Shown here: positions 28,083 to 41,827 of the stretch, piece by piece
Layout of the letters: every line of letters begins with the position of its first letter
Numbering within the stretch: the stretch's first letter is position 1
Assembly: GCF_006345805.1 (NCBI RefSeq)
Contig: NC_043004.1
Location: 84,878,001 to 84,942,000, forward strand
DNA length: 64,000 nt
Direction of reading: 5' to 3'
From: Octopus sinensis
Lineage: Eukaryota
The notes under the pieces: generated by a model
Seen by the model: the letters and a program-made list of their open reading frames with translations, nothing else
Told to the model about the DNA's origin: nothing
The model's database searches: none
Program-made: the position numbers and the translations under genes

Positions 28083-28710
28083 TATCATCATCATCATCAT
28101 TATAATAATAATAATTATTATTATTATACAGCAACATCAGAAGCAACTCCAATAATGGCAGTACTAATGATACTTAAAATTGCGAAATGCTTAGTTGGCC
28201 TTTCACTCAGCTTTCCCTTCTGAGTTCAAATTACACCGTGGCCGACTTTGGTTTCGATAAATTAAGTACCAGTGAAGATATGGGATCGCTGAAATCGACA
28301 GGTCTCCCTCCTCTAAATGTCAGGACTGGTACGTTTTTATAGAAAGGATGATTATTATAGACGTCGCACAGTATACAATATCGTGAGGTCGTGTCTACTG
28401 GGGGTCTGTACTGTTTGCCATATCACAAAGAGTAACTCAGACACACAATACTCTACGAAATATGCATGCAGTTCCAAGTAATGCCGACTTTTACAATACA
28501 CCTATATTTTTGGATATTTCTAAAGTTCTCAGAGTTTTTCTTTTTTTTTTCACATTGGGTGGTATTGAACCCAATGCTCCTATGACAAAAGGTATAACCT
28601 TTATGCTTGAATCACTTAGCTGCCACATTGCCAGCCTCTCATTCTCAGGTTTCCATATTTATCAACCTCTCTCTCTCTCTCTCTCTCTCTCTCATCTCTC
28701 TCTCGTCTCT

Positions 28711-28762
<52 letters not shown>

Positions 28763-28812
28763 ATGATATATATTGATCTCCTGGACGCTGCCACGTCAAT
28801 TATTATTATTAT
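27120..28812. repeat. ~850-bp tandem duplication (microsatellites, SINE remnant and R4-like LINE tail)
   Basis: ~27120-27966 is repeated at ~27967-28812; differences are mostly 1-2-bp indels. Confidence 0.9.
27545..27966 (-). mobile_element. 3' fragment of an R4/Dong-like RLE LINE (second copy at ~28360-28802)
   Basis: Minus strand gives IIDVA.PGDQ.IIM-(RE)n-KVDKYGNLRIEMAQMWQL..IKVIPFVIGALGSIP, then KSALLGTACIFRRVL, a restriction-like endonuclease C-terminus. Confidence 0.8.
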
Positions 28813-28864
28813 TACTATTATGTTTGTGGTTTGCAGTTGTGTTGTTGTTCAGGAAAACTATCAG

Positions 28865-29255
28865 TGTTCCACATGGTTCCATTAACCACATGGTCCCGGA
28901 TTCAATCCCACTATGTAGCAACTCGGGCAAGTGTCTTCTACTATAGCGTCGGTCCGACCAAAGCCTTGTGAGTTGATTTTGTAGACAGAAACTGAAAGAA
29001 GCCCGTCGTATATATGTATATATGTATGTGTGTGTATTTATTTGTGTCTGCGTTGCCCCCCCCCACATCGCTTGACAATCGATGCTGGTGTGTTTACGTC
29101 CCCGTAACTTAGCGGTTCGGCAAAAGAGACCGATATAATAAGTACTAGGCTTACAAAGAATAAGTCCTGAGGTCGATTTGCTCGAGTAAATGCGGTGTTC
29201 CAGCATGTCACAGTCAAATGACTGAAACAAGTAAAAGAGTAAAAGAGTTAAAGAG
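28865..29255 (+). mobile_element. SINE family B copy
   Basis: Matches 21086-21510 throughout; tail (AAGAGTAA)n. Confidence 0.88.
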
Positions 29256-29329
29256 TGTACTTTACTGTATTGCAGTTCCTAACAATGCTGACTTTTATTA
29301 GCATTCAATATTGACAACTGTAATAATTT

Positions 29330-29900
29330 TTTGAAACACATTGGGAGTTGAGCGTTGATACTTCCAGACATGCCATACACTACTGACATTGCGTCCAGTC
29401 CATCCACTGCCCACAACCTGCATATTTTGTCCTTCAATTCATCATAGAGGTTCACCATGACATGCTATGTCTATTAACAAGCATTTTTGTGACATTTCCG
29501 ATCATTACAACAATGACAGGTTTCCGATATCTAATCTGATGGCCAAACCGAACCGGTGCACCCAATTCACATTAACATTTTCTGGGATTTGGTCATACAA
29601 CCTTCAGCTTTCTAGACCATAGTTTCTACAGAACGCCATATCGATCATTCATGTCGCATCATTATATCTTTTGCGTTCACGGTGTGTCTATTTCGGCGTT
29701 CACTAACAATGTGCTGAACTGTTTCACGCATCTGATTATGCATTCTGTATTTGTTGCTTTCAGTTTTGTTATAATCTCTGCACTTCCCACTCAATCCTCA
29801 CAGCTTTTTCATACGCCACACATATAGGGCTTCTAATTATATCTGCAGGTCATTCCACCGCATCCAAAACGATCGCCCTACTGTAACTGTCTTTGTACTT
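29330..29900 (-). mobile_element. Heavily decayed RLE-type LINE fragment (zinc knuckle/endonuclease region)
   Basis: Frameshifted ETVQHIVSE.., CRNYGLE..YDQIPEK and LIDIACHG..YDELKDKICRLW motifs, typical of R4/NeSL-like elements. Confidence 0.6.
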
Positions 29901-30244
29901 GTATCTCTTACAAATTGACTGTACCTTTTTTCTCTTTTCCATGCCGTTTCATTTTTTCGTCTTCATTTTCTCTTCAAATTTATCATCAATGATTCCACGG
30001 CAGTTTTTTTTTATTTTAATGAAGTCAGGGAGCAATCAAATCATTTACCACCTCGGAGAAAATTGTAGCAATGCTTCTTCTGGCTTCACTCTCAGAGATC
30101 AAAAAGGCTTTCTACTGGCTTCACTTTAAGAGTTCAATAACCGTATTTCCTCCTTTCAGCATCGATAAAGGAGGAATCATTCGAGCACTATGTTGGATTC
30201 AACCAGTTTGCCTAAAATTGCTGGTTTGTGCCAAAAGTTTAAAG

Positions 30245-30297
<53 letters not shown>

Positions 30298-30553
30298 TAA
30301 ACAGATATCTGATAAAATTATCCCATTCATACAATAGCATCCATACCAACAATCGAACATAACTCCATCATCAGCTGCCCTGCGGTCTTCACTAGCGAAT
30401 TGAAACGTGGGCAGTACCATTCAATCCGGCGGTATCAAAAGCACTACAATAAGTGTAGTTTCGGTACAAACATACCATATATATATATATATATATATAT
30501 AACCACATTCACTCAATTCTAGAAAGGATTAAATATCAACATTATTAATTAAA

Positions 30554-32780
30554 CTAGTGTAACCCTGCCGTCAGAATTGATGGCCTGAAAATTATACGGA
30601 AAGACCTTTATTTTTGTAACTATTTTAACACAATGTTTCTAGTGAAAGCCCTACCCCCAATGGCTTCATCTTCTTTTGAATGGTTCTTTACCAACATTTT
30701 AACATTATTCCTGCTTGTACTTCTACTGAATGCAACCTAAAGTTTTCCATGGTTTAAGAATAGTAATGAGAAAAGGAAGCCAACATCATTGAAGCTCTGC
30801 CCTTGTGATTTGTTAATAGTCATTGCAAATGCTGGGATAACAGGAAACTGTCGTTACTCATACTAAAGGGGGTTTCTCGCTGGGTGGGGGGTTGTCTTCA
30901 TCACGCAGAATCTCATTGTCGACATCGGTGACGTCATATCACTTGTAGGTATACTTGTAAACATATTTCTTCTCTGTGAAATATGTTTAGGGTAAACATA
31001 TTTCACAGAAGACGAAGAGGCAAATCTCAACACAAATATGAGCATTGAACTTACGGCACAGATATTTATTATAGGGCACTACATTTTGGTTGTCTATCGC
31101 ATTGTTGCGAACTCGAACTAATGCTCTTCGATGTCGCCTGTACAATGCGTCACCGTTTTGGTTTATCCGAATCTCTTGTTCATACCCTTTTGGAAAGTCT
31201 TTTGTTATTTTTCATGCAGGGAGCAGTAGAGAGCAGCAGAGTTGAGATCACCACAGGGCCCACAGATCGCGGACCTTTCCACTGTTTCAAGTAGTAAGGG
31301 TTCAGTGACGGGATCCGGGATCTCGGCACAGACAATTCGATTAATTTTTTCAGAATCATCAAATGTATCATCAAATTTATCAAAGCTATCAACAGGTGGT
31401 TATGTGGTAAGTCCCTCTTTTGAAATTCAGTTGTGTAGCAGAGCAGTAAGCGATGACTCTTCCAAATATGTTTCTTAGTGATGTCCTTCAAGAATTCATG
31501 CAGCTTTCTATTGGATACGCTGGACACCAAATCTGGTCTATCTGATAAAGTTGGGCCTGGAAGTAAATTCTTTATAATTCCTTGCCAATTAGGATTGCAG
31601 TTTATTGCGAGGAAGATATCAGGAGGACCATATATGCTCAGAATAGTCATGGGGTCTTGATAGCGCTCGTGCTAGGAGAATTTTGAAACGATGAAGGCAA
31701 GATAACGGCGCGTCATACTTGGGTATTTGCTGCATTACCAGCATTTCGTATATTTCACGGTATTGTTCTGCTTTTAACCTGTTTTGCTGGTTCTTCAGAA
31801 AAAATATATATACATTGTTACAGGTAAGAGTCTATTGCCCTTTACTGGAAGCGCTTGCCTCCATGATTACCGGGTTGAATTCACCATCTCTAACTGATGT
31901 ATGAGATTTATTACCAATCATATGGGTTTTCCAGCATGGCTCTCCATATGGAAAGAACAATACACATGCCATTGGGTTGCGATTGGCGCTAAGAATGTTT
32001 AGACTGATAACAAGGACTTCATTGTTTATTGGGTAAGCCTTAAAATCTCTATTGAATGGTGACTCGCTGATGACCATAGCTATTTCTGTTACACTTGGTG
32101 AATTCTATCTCCGCCTATCAGCGGTGCGATTCCTGTTGAAGACTAAATTCATGACAGATATACGCCGCTGTTCCTGTTGGCATGCTGCTCCTCATGAAGT
32201 TCTACTTCTTGTAATGTCCTGTAAGATGCAGCACAAGCATTGCTCGCTCTCATAATTTCATCCAATCTGTGCTCATTTCAGGTATACATCTTTCATTTGC
32301 TGTATTCTGAGCCCGCACTGATGTGGCCTGAACGCTGTCAACAGCATACAGTTAGGCAAATTGACTCCGTTGGCGCTCAACAGGATCCCGTGATAAACAT
32401 GCCCATGCACTATGAAGCAGAATAGACGCGAGCGATAGAGCAGAGTTGTATGAACTTATGTTTTCCTTGAAGTTAACATAATGCGGATTTTGAGGGTCTG
32501 GCAACAGAGATCGTAAGTTTGGAGGAAATTATCTTCTAACTGGAGGCAAGACTTTCCCTTTATAGTAGCAACTGTGAAAGCATCTGTCTGCTGGTCGCAC
32601 TGAAGAAAAAATATTTGGCTCTACAAAACTGACACACTGTTATGAACCCGAACATTCTCTTCATTACAAGTATGATAATTTACTAAATTTACGTGATTTC
32701 CAAATCTTCGCACAAATCTCATGGCGTTCGCATGCCGCTGTCTTCGATTACTTCTTCGTTCTTCACTATTAAATAGACAT
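30554..32780 (-). mobile_element. Decayed, internally deleted autonomous-type Helitron (RepHel)
   Basis: Rep motifs YGPPDIFLAINCNPNW..DRPDLV..TEFQKRDLPHNHLLI (ORF 31180-31650) and PIF1 helicase motif RQFPVIPAFAMTINKSQGQS (30794-30853). 3' hairpin GCCGTCA/TGATGGC (30567-30584) and terminal CTAG|T at 30554. The 5' end is uncertain. Confidence 0.85.
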
Positions 32781-33545
32781 CAAATAGAAAATCATTCCAA
32801 GTCCAATGCTTACATAAACAGGTCTAAAAAATGTTCAGTGTGTTCTATTGCAAAAAATTGTATCTATTTAAAAAGAAAAGGACCTCCAACGAATACGTAA
32901 ATTCCAGGAATTAAATATGTTTGTGTAAGTCTGCATTTCCGAAAATTCAACTTGTCGGAAATTAAAGGTAGACCACCGCAAAGGTGATAAAACTTTCACA
33001 TCTAGTTGACATCAGATTGTTGTAATGATGATTATTGCCCATGTAGTGTTTCAGCAACGTTACTACAGCTACTATATACTGTAAGCAATATACAGTTTAG
33101 TAAACAGGTAAATGCTGTAAGTAATCTTTATAATCCCGTGGCTCATAGTAGAAAACGCAAAGTATACAGAATTCATTGACCTGAAGAATATCTTAATCTG
33201 AAGAAAGAATTTTATTCGCTTTCCTATTCCACGACACCCATGCTGAGGTTTACTGGTCCGTAATATGTGGACCCACATTCATTCCTGAAAGAGCTGATTT
33301 TATGTAACTTTCATTATGTTTGTATTTAGAAATGTGTACGTAGGTAAACGTGCACACTTATAAATATATGCTTATATATTTATATTTACAGATTTATTCT
33401 TCACCTATATAGAAGAATATGTAACAAGAATTATTGATAAATGCTATACAGTGTTATGACGTTAACTGTACATATAAATCTCTCTCTGTCTATCAATCTC
33501 TCTGTTTGTATCTATCTATCTATCTATCTGTGTTCTCCCTATGTA

Positions 33546-33585
<40 letters not shown>

Positions 33586-34303
33586 TCTCCTGCCACGTCA
33601 ATATTCGGTCCCAAACACGCACAGTTCCTGAAAATTATTGTACATAAGTATATATGCTTGTGTACATATATGTCTGTGAACATGGGTGTATGTATATTAA
33701 TAAGTGCGTATGAATATATATACACGCTGAGAGAAAGAGAGAAGATTAGATAGATGGAGATAAATATAGGGGCTTATATCTAGGCTTTATAATAAAGTTT
33801 ATAATTTTCTGTTTACATTTTATGTAAAGAATGATTGATTCCACGTGCATTTAGTGCGAGTCAAACATAATATATTATTCTCTACAAGATAAATCTAAAC
33901 CCAGAGTGATAGATCGATTGACAGTTAGAGAGAGATAAACAGAGACAGGCACATAGGAAGATTGAAAGGTAGAGAGAAAGAAACAGATAGACATGGAGAG
34001 GAAAATAACAACACTGATAATAAGCATGTGTGGGCATATAAAATAAATACTAAGGAATGATATATAATGCAAGTTGAATGAAGTGTGATGTATATTGCTA
34101 TATAATATTTAAACTGAATGCCGTTATATATGTTCGCTTACGTCGGTCTTCATACGCTACAGAGTGCTTCTATGTTCCGCAAACGGCATCAATCATCTGC
34201 CGGAACGATTTTAAGGGCATGTTTATTAATGGCGAACAAGTAGGGCAAACCGGTTCCAGGAACCGGTTTGAAGAAAGAGTTCTGTGTTTTTATATATATA
34301 TAT

Positions 34304-34341
<38 letters not shown>

Positions 34342-34348
34342 TTATATA

Positions 34349-34427
<79 letters not shown>

Positions 34428-34852
34428 CATTATATATAAGGGCTTAGTAAAATAAATTACTTTGCCACATACTGAACTCATTAGAAATAGCAGCTAAAGA
34501 AATTTCTTCAGCTATTTCTAATACTTAAAGAAGATCTCTCTCAGATAGTGTTTGCCTAAACCAACTCACAAAAGTATGGGGGAAAAAACATTAAAAAATC
34601 AAGTGCAAAGGTTATTTGAGAACGTACGTTTCTAGATTAGTCAATTCGACATTTCTTTCTTCAGCTCAGAATTCCTTGAATCGGATTTGGGAACACTGAA
34701 AGTCGGGAGCATACCCTTTCGGCTTCTAATCACCTCTAGAATTCTGCTCGAACTAAAAGTGCTATCAAATTCGAATATGCAAGCGAAGAATTATATATAT
34801 ATATATATATATATTATATAATATATATATATATATAATATATAATATATAT

Positions 34853-34884
<32 letters not shown>

Positions 34885-35079
34885 CATACCTATGTACATA
34901 TATAAATATTATATACACACACATATCTGTATATAAATATATATATATATATTTATATATACATATACATGCATATATGTGTATATATATGCATATATGT
35001 GTGTACAAAGACAGACAGACTGATAGACACTCTGGCTAATAAATAGATAAATGCATTTATAGATAGTTAGATAGATAGA

Positions 35080-35213
<134 letters not shown>

Positions 35214-35761
35214 TGGCTACATGTTTAAGTTCACAATCATGTTGCTTCGGGTACAATTCCCCTGCCTTCCACTTGGGCGAGTATCTTTTATATTCTTTGA
35301 TCTCGCCGATGTGAGCGAAACTGTGATATCGAAACTATGTGGAACCTTTACTTTATCTGTTATATAGTAACACACACACATATATTCATATATACATATA
35401 TAAAATATATATATATATATATGTGTGTGTGTGTCTATACAGTGTCAAATTGGTCGCGGATCTTAAGAGGCAATCAGAGGTTCACTATAGAAAGGAGATT
35501 GATTCGATGAAACAATTGAACTACTAGGAGAATCTATAAGAACTGAAGCTCTACTCCCTAGAGAGAAAGCAACGAAAGTATGCAGTAATATCAATATGGA
35601 AGATGCTGGGAACTCTAGCTCCTAACTTTGGAATTAAAATCTATATCAATCATGGCAAAATACTACTGGGTTCGATGCATTCGGCAAAGAGCTTTGAATA
35701 CGGTAGTCCAGCATGGTCCCGGTATAATGAGTGAATAATAGGAAAATAATACAGTTCTATT

Positions 35762-35839
35762 TGGCGTAGTTGTTAAGAACGAGGGCTACTAAACCCAAGA
35801 TTCCGAGTTCGATTCCAAGCAGTGACCTGAATAATAATG

Positions 35840-35896
<57 letters not shown>

Positions 35897-36480
35897 TAAT
35901 AATGATGATGGTGATAATGATGATAATAGTTTATTTCTGTATTATCCACATGGGTCTAAACATAGAGGGGAAAAACAAGAATAGACAAGGGGATTAAGTC
36001 GATTACATCGACCCCAGTGACTAACTAGTACTTATTTAATCGATCCCGAGAGGATGAAAAACAAAGTCTACCTCAGCGGAATTTGAACTTAGAACGTAAC
36101 TGCTGACGAAATAGTGCTAGGCATTTGGCCCGGGGTGCTGACGTTCTTGCCAGATTGCTGTAGAAACAGAATTGCTAACACAAATATTGTAATTATCAGA
36201 GCAATGATACAATGCAGAATAAAATATCAGAAAGGGAAAGAAAAATATTTAGGTAATTTTATAACTGGCTATGTTCACGAGTAAATAATCGTGAATATCA
36301 ATAACATGAATATGAATAATAATAACAACAACAACATCGAAACATACTTTAGGAATGAGAACCCAGGATCGAAGTTTCCCCAAAACTCCTGCTGAAGGCT
36401 GGAGGCTTTATCAGCCGAAACGTTGTGTTAACAACAAAGAAGATGAGGATAAATATCCGTGAAATGTAAATAATATAAAA
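35762..36480 (+). mobile_element. tRNA-head SINE ending in a hammerhead-like module (family H2), interrupted by a family A SINE
   Basis: A-box TGGCGTAGTTG (35762-35772), B-box GTTCGATTCC (35807-35816), CAGTGACCTG, (AAT)n, then the H2 tail at ~36318-36480 with the hammerhead motif at 36384-36429. Confidence 0.7.
35935..36160 (-). mobile_element. SINE family A, nested
   Basis: Reverse-complement family A copy inside the (AAT)n region of the H2 element. Confidence 0.8.
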
Positions 36481-39297
36481 CACGTAAGGAAAATAATAAT
36501 TGAATAATAGAAGAGACGAATACATGAACGTGTCATCGAGCCTTCCATTGCCTTGTAAGTGAATTTAGTAGACGGATATTGTATGGAAGCCCATATAATA
36601 TACATTGTATTTTGTGTACTTGCAAGTGGTTGTTCCACACTCCTCTAGTTGATTAGTGGTATTGGTTTGATTATATCCCCTGAAGACAGAAGTTTAATTG
36701 AAGAGAAAAATGTAATTTGATCCAGCTTAAAAAATAAGAACTAGGGCCGGTTTATTTGTTTTCTTCGAATATATACTTCAAGATTTTACCGAAGCTGGGC
36801 TGCAGTTCAATGTGTCAAACACGTAAATGATAAATATAAGGCAATCTGCATGTCGTTCTCTGAAATATATTCGGATTATGTTTCCTATTACCATGTCATA
36901 TAATCCGACAGGCAACCTTGGGGGGACACATGTACTTTAATGACTCGCGTGCATTCAGGAATTAGCAAAAAAAGTTACAAGACGCTTTTAGTCGCACCCC
37001 AATCAGCTCTTTACATTGTTTGTTATTTATCTAAAACACATTCATTTCTATCTTCATAAAAGGATATGAATACTGCAAAGCCTCCTACGGTGAATATATA
37101 CGTGATATATCTATATAAAACCTATATATCTAATGTTATTTTATAGTGTTTTGAGCTTCGTTGCAATTATGCAATTATTAGCATAACTGAATATATATGA
37201 GAACATATGAAATTTCGTTTTTAGTAACTGTTGCAATAAAAACTAAGTTATTCAAAATGGTAAACAACGCTGTTCTACATCGCAAATGATTTTCTACTTG
37301 AATGATAAAACATATTGATTTTAACAATTTGGAAGAGCTTCATAGCAAATATAAAACCCAAGTATTTGTGTGCATAAATTAATTGTGAAAGCAATATTTT
37401 GCAATAGTAAAAAGAAAAAAGTATCTGTTATGCTTTCATTGAACGTGAAATTTCTCTATTTGTTGCGAAGAAAATAGAGAAATATGCTTACGATATCTTT
37501 CTAAATTTATGGGGGTTTCGCACAAAATAGCAAGAATCCAGACAATAATGTATATATTTATTCTCAATATGTTCTGGCCGATCACAAGTTTAATATCTGA
37601 ACGTTGTTGCTGCTCACCATCGAAGAACATAGGATGATGTGTGTGTGTGTGTATAACATGGTCCTCAGACGAAACGGACTGTCAGCAACCACGCGGTTTC
37701 GAGCTTCGTGTGCATCTCTTTTGTTAAGGCTACCTCGCAGAAATTATGAGCTTCAGAAGAGATCAATATCTTTTTTCATGGAAAGTAGTAAACAAATGAT
37801 TAACCGATGCGAATTACTATTTGGTAAACAGAAAATAATTCATGGAGCATAGAACAATGATAATCTAAGTCATAACGGACCAATCAACTCTGAATAATTT
37901 CTGGCAGATCAAATCATCATTGGCGTTTTTTGTCAACAAGGAACATCTCCGTCAGGATGAAGCCTATGCATAACAAAGCATAGTGCACCGGTGTACGGAG
38001 ACGTTTAGACACCCAGTGTTTCTACATCATTGTACGTCATCTTAGGCAAAGCTACCCCACCCAAACCGATGAATGATTCAGGAGCCTCACCCCTTGTTTG
38101 GGAAAATCGGTAAACTCATTGCATGCTGCTTCAACCAGCCAAAAGTATGATTTAAACAAGTTAGAATCAACATGTTTCAAAACATTCCAGTTTTTATTAT
38201 TATTTTGAGTTGCAAACATAGGAATCCGTCACTGGATTACACTTCTTTATAAAACTATTAATATACAAGATTGAGATATTCGTTGGAATTTTGGAACTAA
38301 GGCTTGCGCTAGTTTTTCTTGTTTTTGTTTTTTTCTGGTGACGTCAATTCGAGCCGAGGCCATCACTGGTAAAGATAAAAATAAAGTATCGGCAAATTCT
38401 TTTACCAAACGCCTACTTATTTGCAAAGATAAATCATAGATTTTTTCTTAACGCCAGTAGAAATGTTTCGTGTATAAAATTTATCCGCGTATATAAGATT
38501 TCGTATATAGCATTCCGGATATAACTTTTACCATTGAACTCAGTGAAACCATCATATTTGATAAGAAGTCCCTTGGATAATAAGGGTAAAGAAATTGAAG
38601 CAACGTCTTCAATTTTCCATATTAGCGCATGCATAATGATAATTATCTGAAGTAATGAATAATTAATTAGCGTCTCATCAAAACAACATTGCGCTGTCGC
38701 TGTTTCTCTTTATTTTTATTTCTAAACTTTCACGCTGATTTAAAGAAATAGAAGGAAAATTTCGAAAACTACTTCCGTCACGTCGAACAGCATTAGGAGA
38801 TCTTGAGAATTATAGTATAATTAAGCTTAAATAGAATTTAATTTATTGGTTATTTTCGGCCTTTGTAAAAGCCTAATGTATTAAGAATCAAAATTTCATT
38901 ATCCCAACTACCGTTAGAATTCTTCGTGACAATGCATTTCACATCTCTTTTAAATAGATGAAAAGCTTTTTCCATGGCTGACATATCCCTGTCTGACGTA
39001 GAAGATTTACATTACTGAAAGACACCGATGCATCGCCGAATCCAAATACATAAATATAATGTTGATTGTTTTCAGACGAAAAAAAAACGGTGTTCTTATT
39101 TTCATTTCCGGGTTTCAATGAAATAATATAACTTATCATATACAATAATTACAATTCGACAAAGAAGAAAAATGACTCTATTGAATATCTAGAATAAGGT
39201 TGCATTTCATGAGGAAATATAAATGGTTTCATTCACCTCATCAGATATTATGTGTGGGTGGGTGTATTTATTTTTTGAGTATGTACGCGTTTGTGCT

Positions 39298-39365
<68 letters not shown>

Positions 39366-39535
39366 TGTTCAGTTTTATTGCGAGATTTGTTGCCGATGGG
39401 GAAAGAGCCGATTTCTATACTAGATCCATGGCTCCTGCATTGGAATTTCAAAATCAACAAGGTATGTATGTGTGTATGTATGTATGTATATATGTGTGTA
39501 TGTATGTACGTATGTATGTATGTAGTTATGTATGG

Positions 39536-39568
<33 letters not shown>

Positions 39569-39649
39569 TGTGTGCAGATCATGTATGTTTTGTTTTATGT
39601 ATGTATTCTCAAGCATACAGTTGCATATGTAGACATGCTTATATATATC

Positions 39650-41600
39650 TAAATGATAAACTTTTCGAAAGTTTTACAGATTTTTACAGTTCCAATGATG
39701 GCTTCGATCCGTAGTCTTCGAATTAGCTTTCTCTTTTCCGGTTTTTAAAAGCCTAATTTCTCAAGATTGGTGTTTAGGCAGTGCCCCAATAATTACAGGT
39801 ATAAACCTAAACTTGTAATCTAGATAGAGTTACTGCAGATTTCTCAATAGTTCAGCCTTTCTTATCTGAAGAGCCCTATTGGGTTGGTGCATCCGGCTAT
39901 TGGTCTAAGATAGACTGCTCTGATGATCAATGTTTCTATCATCTCTAAGATTTTCTACTCACATTTCCATGCTCATATTGGCTCATTCGTTCATCTGATG
40001 ATACGCTGAGGATGAGTCGTGCGACTCCTTTAGGAATGTATTCTAGTTTATCAGACAAGGAATGTTGCTCAAGGAGCTGTTTTCGAGTCTTACGATGTTA
40101 TGAACTTCACGTATCGAAACTTAACAAGAGGATGTACTTCGACACTATTATGTTTGCTTTTTAGTATTTTCGGGTGTTCAGATCAATGGCTAGGATCTCA
40201 TCAAGTATCTAATCACGTGGCACTGCAAACACATTATGGGTCAGTCTTTTATTGCATGCAGAGAGTTCTGAAGTTCAAAATTTCTTTATTCGGCTGTAAT
40301 ACTCTTTAGTGACATGTGTTTTGTTACAGATGCCATTGTGAGATATGTCTTCATCCACCCCTAGATTACCTGTAACATTCCTCGTCAGATGCTGGCGAAA
40401 CAGAAAAATAATTGATGGAGATGTTAGTCTGGTTTATAGTTCCACCCACTTTTCATAACCATATAATAACATTTATCCATACCAAACTCCTACCGTACAT
40501 CCCTAGAGAAAGTTGTAACTTGGTCAAGGCTGTTTTTCAACTTATGCATATTCTTTGCATAAAGTTTCAAGTCATCCACAAAGAGACAGTGTGTAATTTT
40601 CTTATTTCTGATTCCTTGTGAACCAGCGAGATACCCTTCAGACTTTTATTAGTATGAATAACAAGGGGTTTACAGAAAGTATAAACATCACAGAGTGTCT
40701 GTCTCCTTGGAGTATGCCTTTGCAATACTGTATTGTATCAGTGATAATACAGTCACTCTTTGTGTTTAATTTCAAGATAGTGGTCCACGATGAGGTCTGA
40801 TAAGCTAAGGTCTTGACTATGCTCACTGAAACTCGAGCAAGTTAAAGGGTTTCTAGCATCCATGAGTGGGGAACAGAGTCAAAAACTTTCGTGTAGTTTA
40901 GTCACGTCGAAACTATGTTCCTATGCTCTCGCACCTCTATCATCACAGTTTTGTTAATTAATAATTCTTCGGCACATCCCCACACTCACTTCTTCTCAGC
41001 TACACTTCTGCTGTGATGATGTAATTGATTTCACAATGGTCCTGTAGAGAGATGCTGTCTATATCTTATACTTTAAGGTCTAGCATGCGATTAACCGGTA
41101 TTTTTTTTTTGCCATGTGGGTGGTTTTGCATTTGTAGATCAATTTTATTAAACCAGTCAGGTATGCTATTGTTCCTGTTGACAGCTTGCTGGTACAAGTT
41201 GATAAGTTATGGTAGGTTAGCTTATTGTACCAATATCCAACTTTATAGCCACTTCGAAGTTCTTTTGCCTCTTGGGGTTTCTAGATCACAGTTGAAAGAG
41301 TCTCACTATCAAGACATATATCCTGGGTATAACGCAGGAGCAATCATGTTTTCAAATTTCTTCCGACCACCCACATACCATCTTAGTTAAACTACTTCTC
41401 TTCAGTCCAGATTTTCCTCCAGAAGGATTGTATATATTCTCATAGAGGAGTTTCTGTAATATCCGCTGCTCCTCCTCCCATCCCTCTTTATACTGCTACC
41501 TGCTTTAGGTTATTTTTGTCGTTTAATGTTCTTCATGCGGTTATTCTTTTCTGATGTATACGTACGTAAATATCTACAATGCTTTTGTTACAGATGACAA
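39650..41600 (-). mobile_element. Decayed R4/Dong-like LINE (RT plus RLE endonuclease)
   Basis: Minus-strand motifs LNYTKVFDSVPHSWMLETL, KGILQGDRHSVMFILSVNPL and, at the 3' end, YKFRFIPVIIGAL..IGTVKICKTF; many stops and frameshifts. Confidence 0.8.
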
Positions 41601-41657
41601 TACCACATTCACGTTGGAAACATTTATACATGATAAATATATAAATAGTATATCTCT

Positions 41658-41827
41658 AAGGCGGCGAGCTGGCAGAACTGTTAGCACGCCTGGCGAAATG
41701 CTTAACGGTATATCATCGATTAAATAAGTACCAGTTACGCACTGGGGTCGATATAATCGACTTAATCCGTTTGTCTGTCTTTGTTTTTCCCCTCTGTGTG
41801 TAGCCCCTTTTGGGCAGTAAAGAAATA
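41658..41827 (+). mobile_element. SINE family A (internal deletion) with 17-bp TSD
   Basis: Flanked by ATAAATAGTATATCTCT at 41641-41657 and 41828-41844. Confidence 0.9.

Noticed and set aside
35762-35830. Possible tRNA genes here and at 44357-44430 and 56050-56118
   Set aside because: A and B boxes are present but there is no complete acceptor stem, and they continue into SINE bodies; these are SINE heads.
39860-39890. CTGAAGA-GCCC-TATT-GGGT, a hammerhead-like 5' half
   Set aside because: No GAAA follows, and it lies antisense within an R4-like LINE coding region; chance match.
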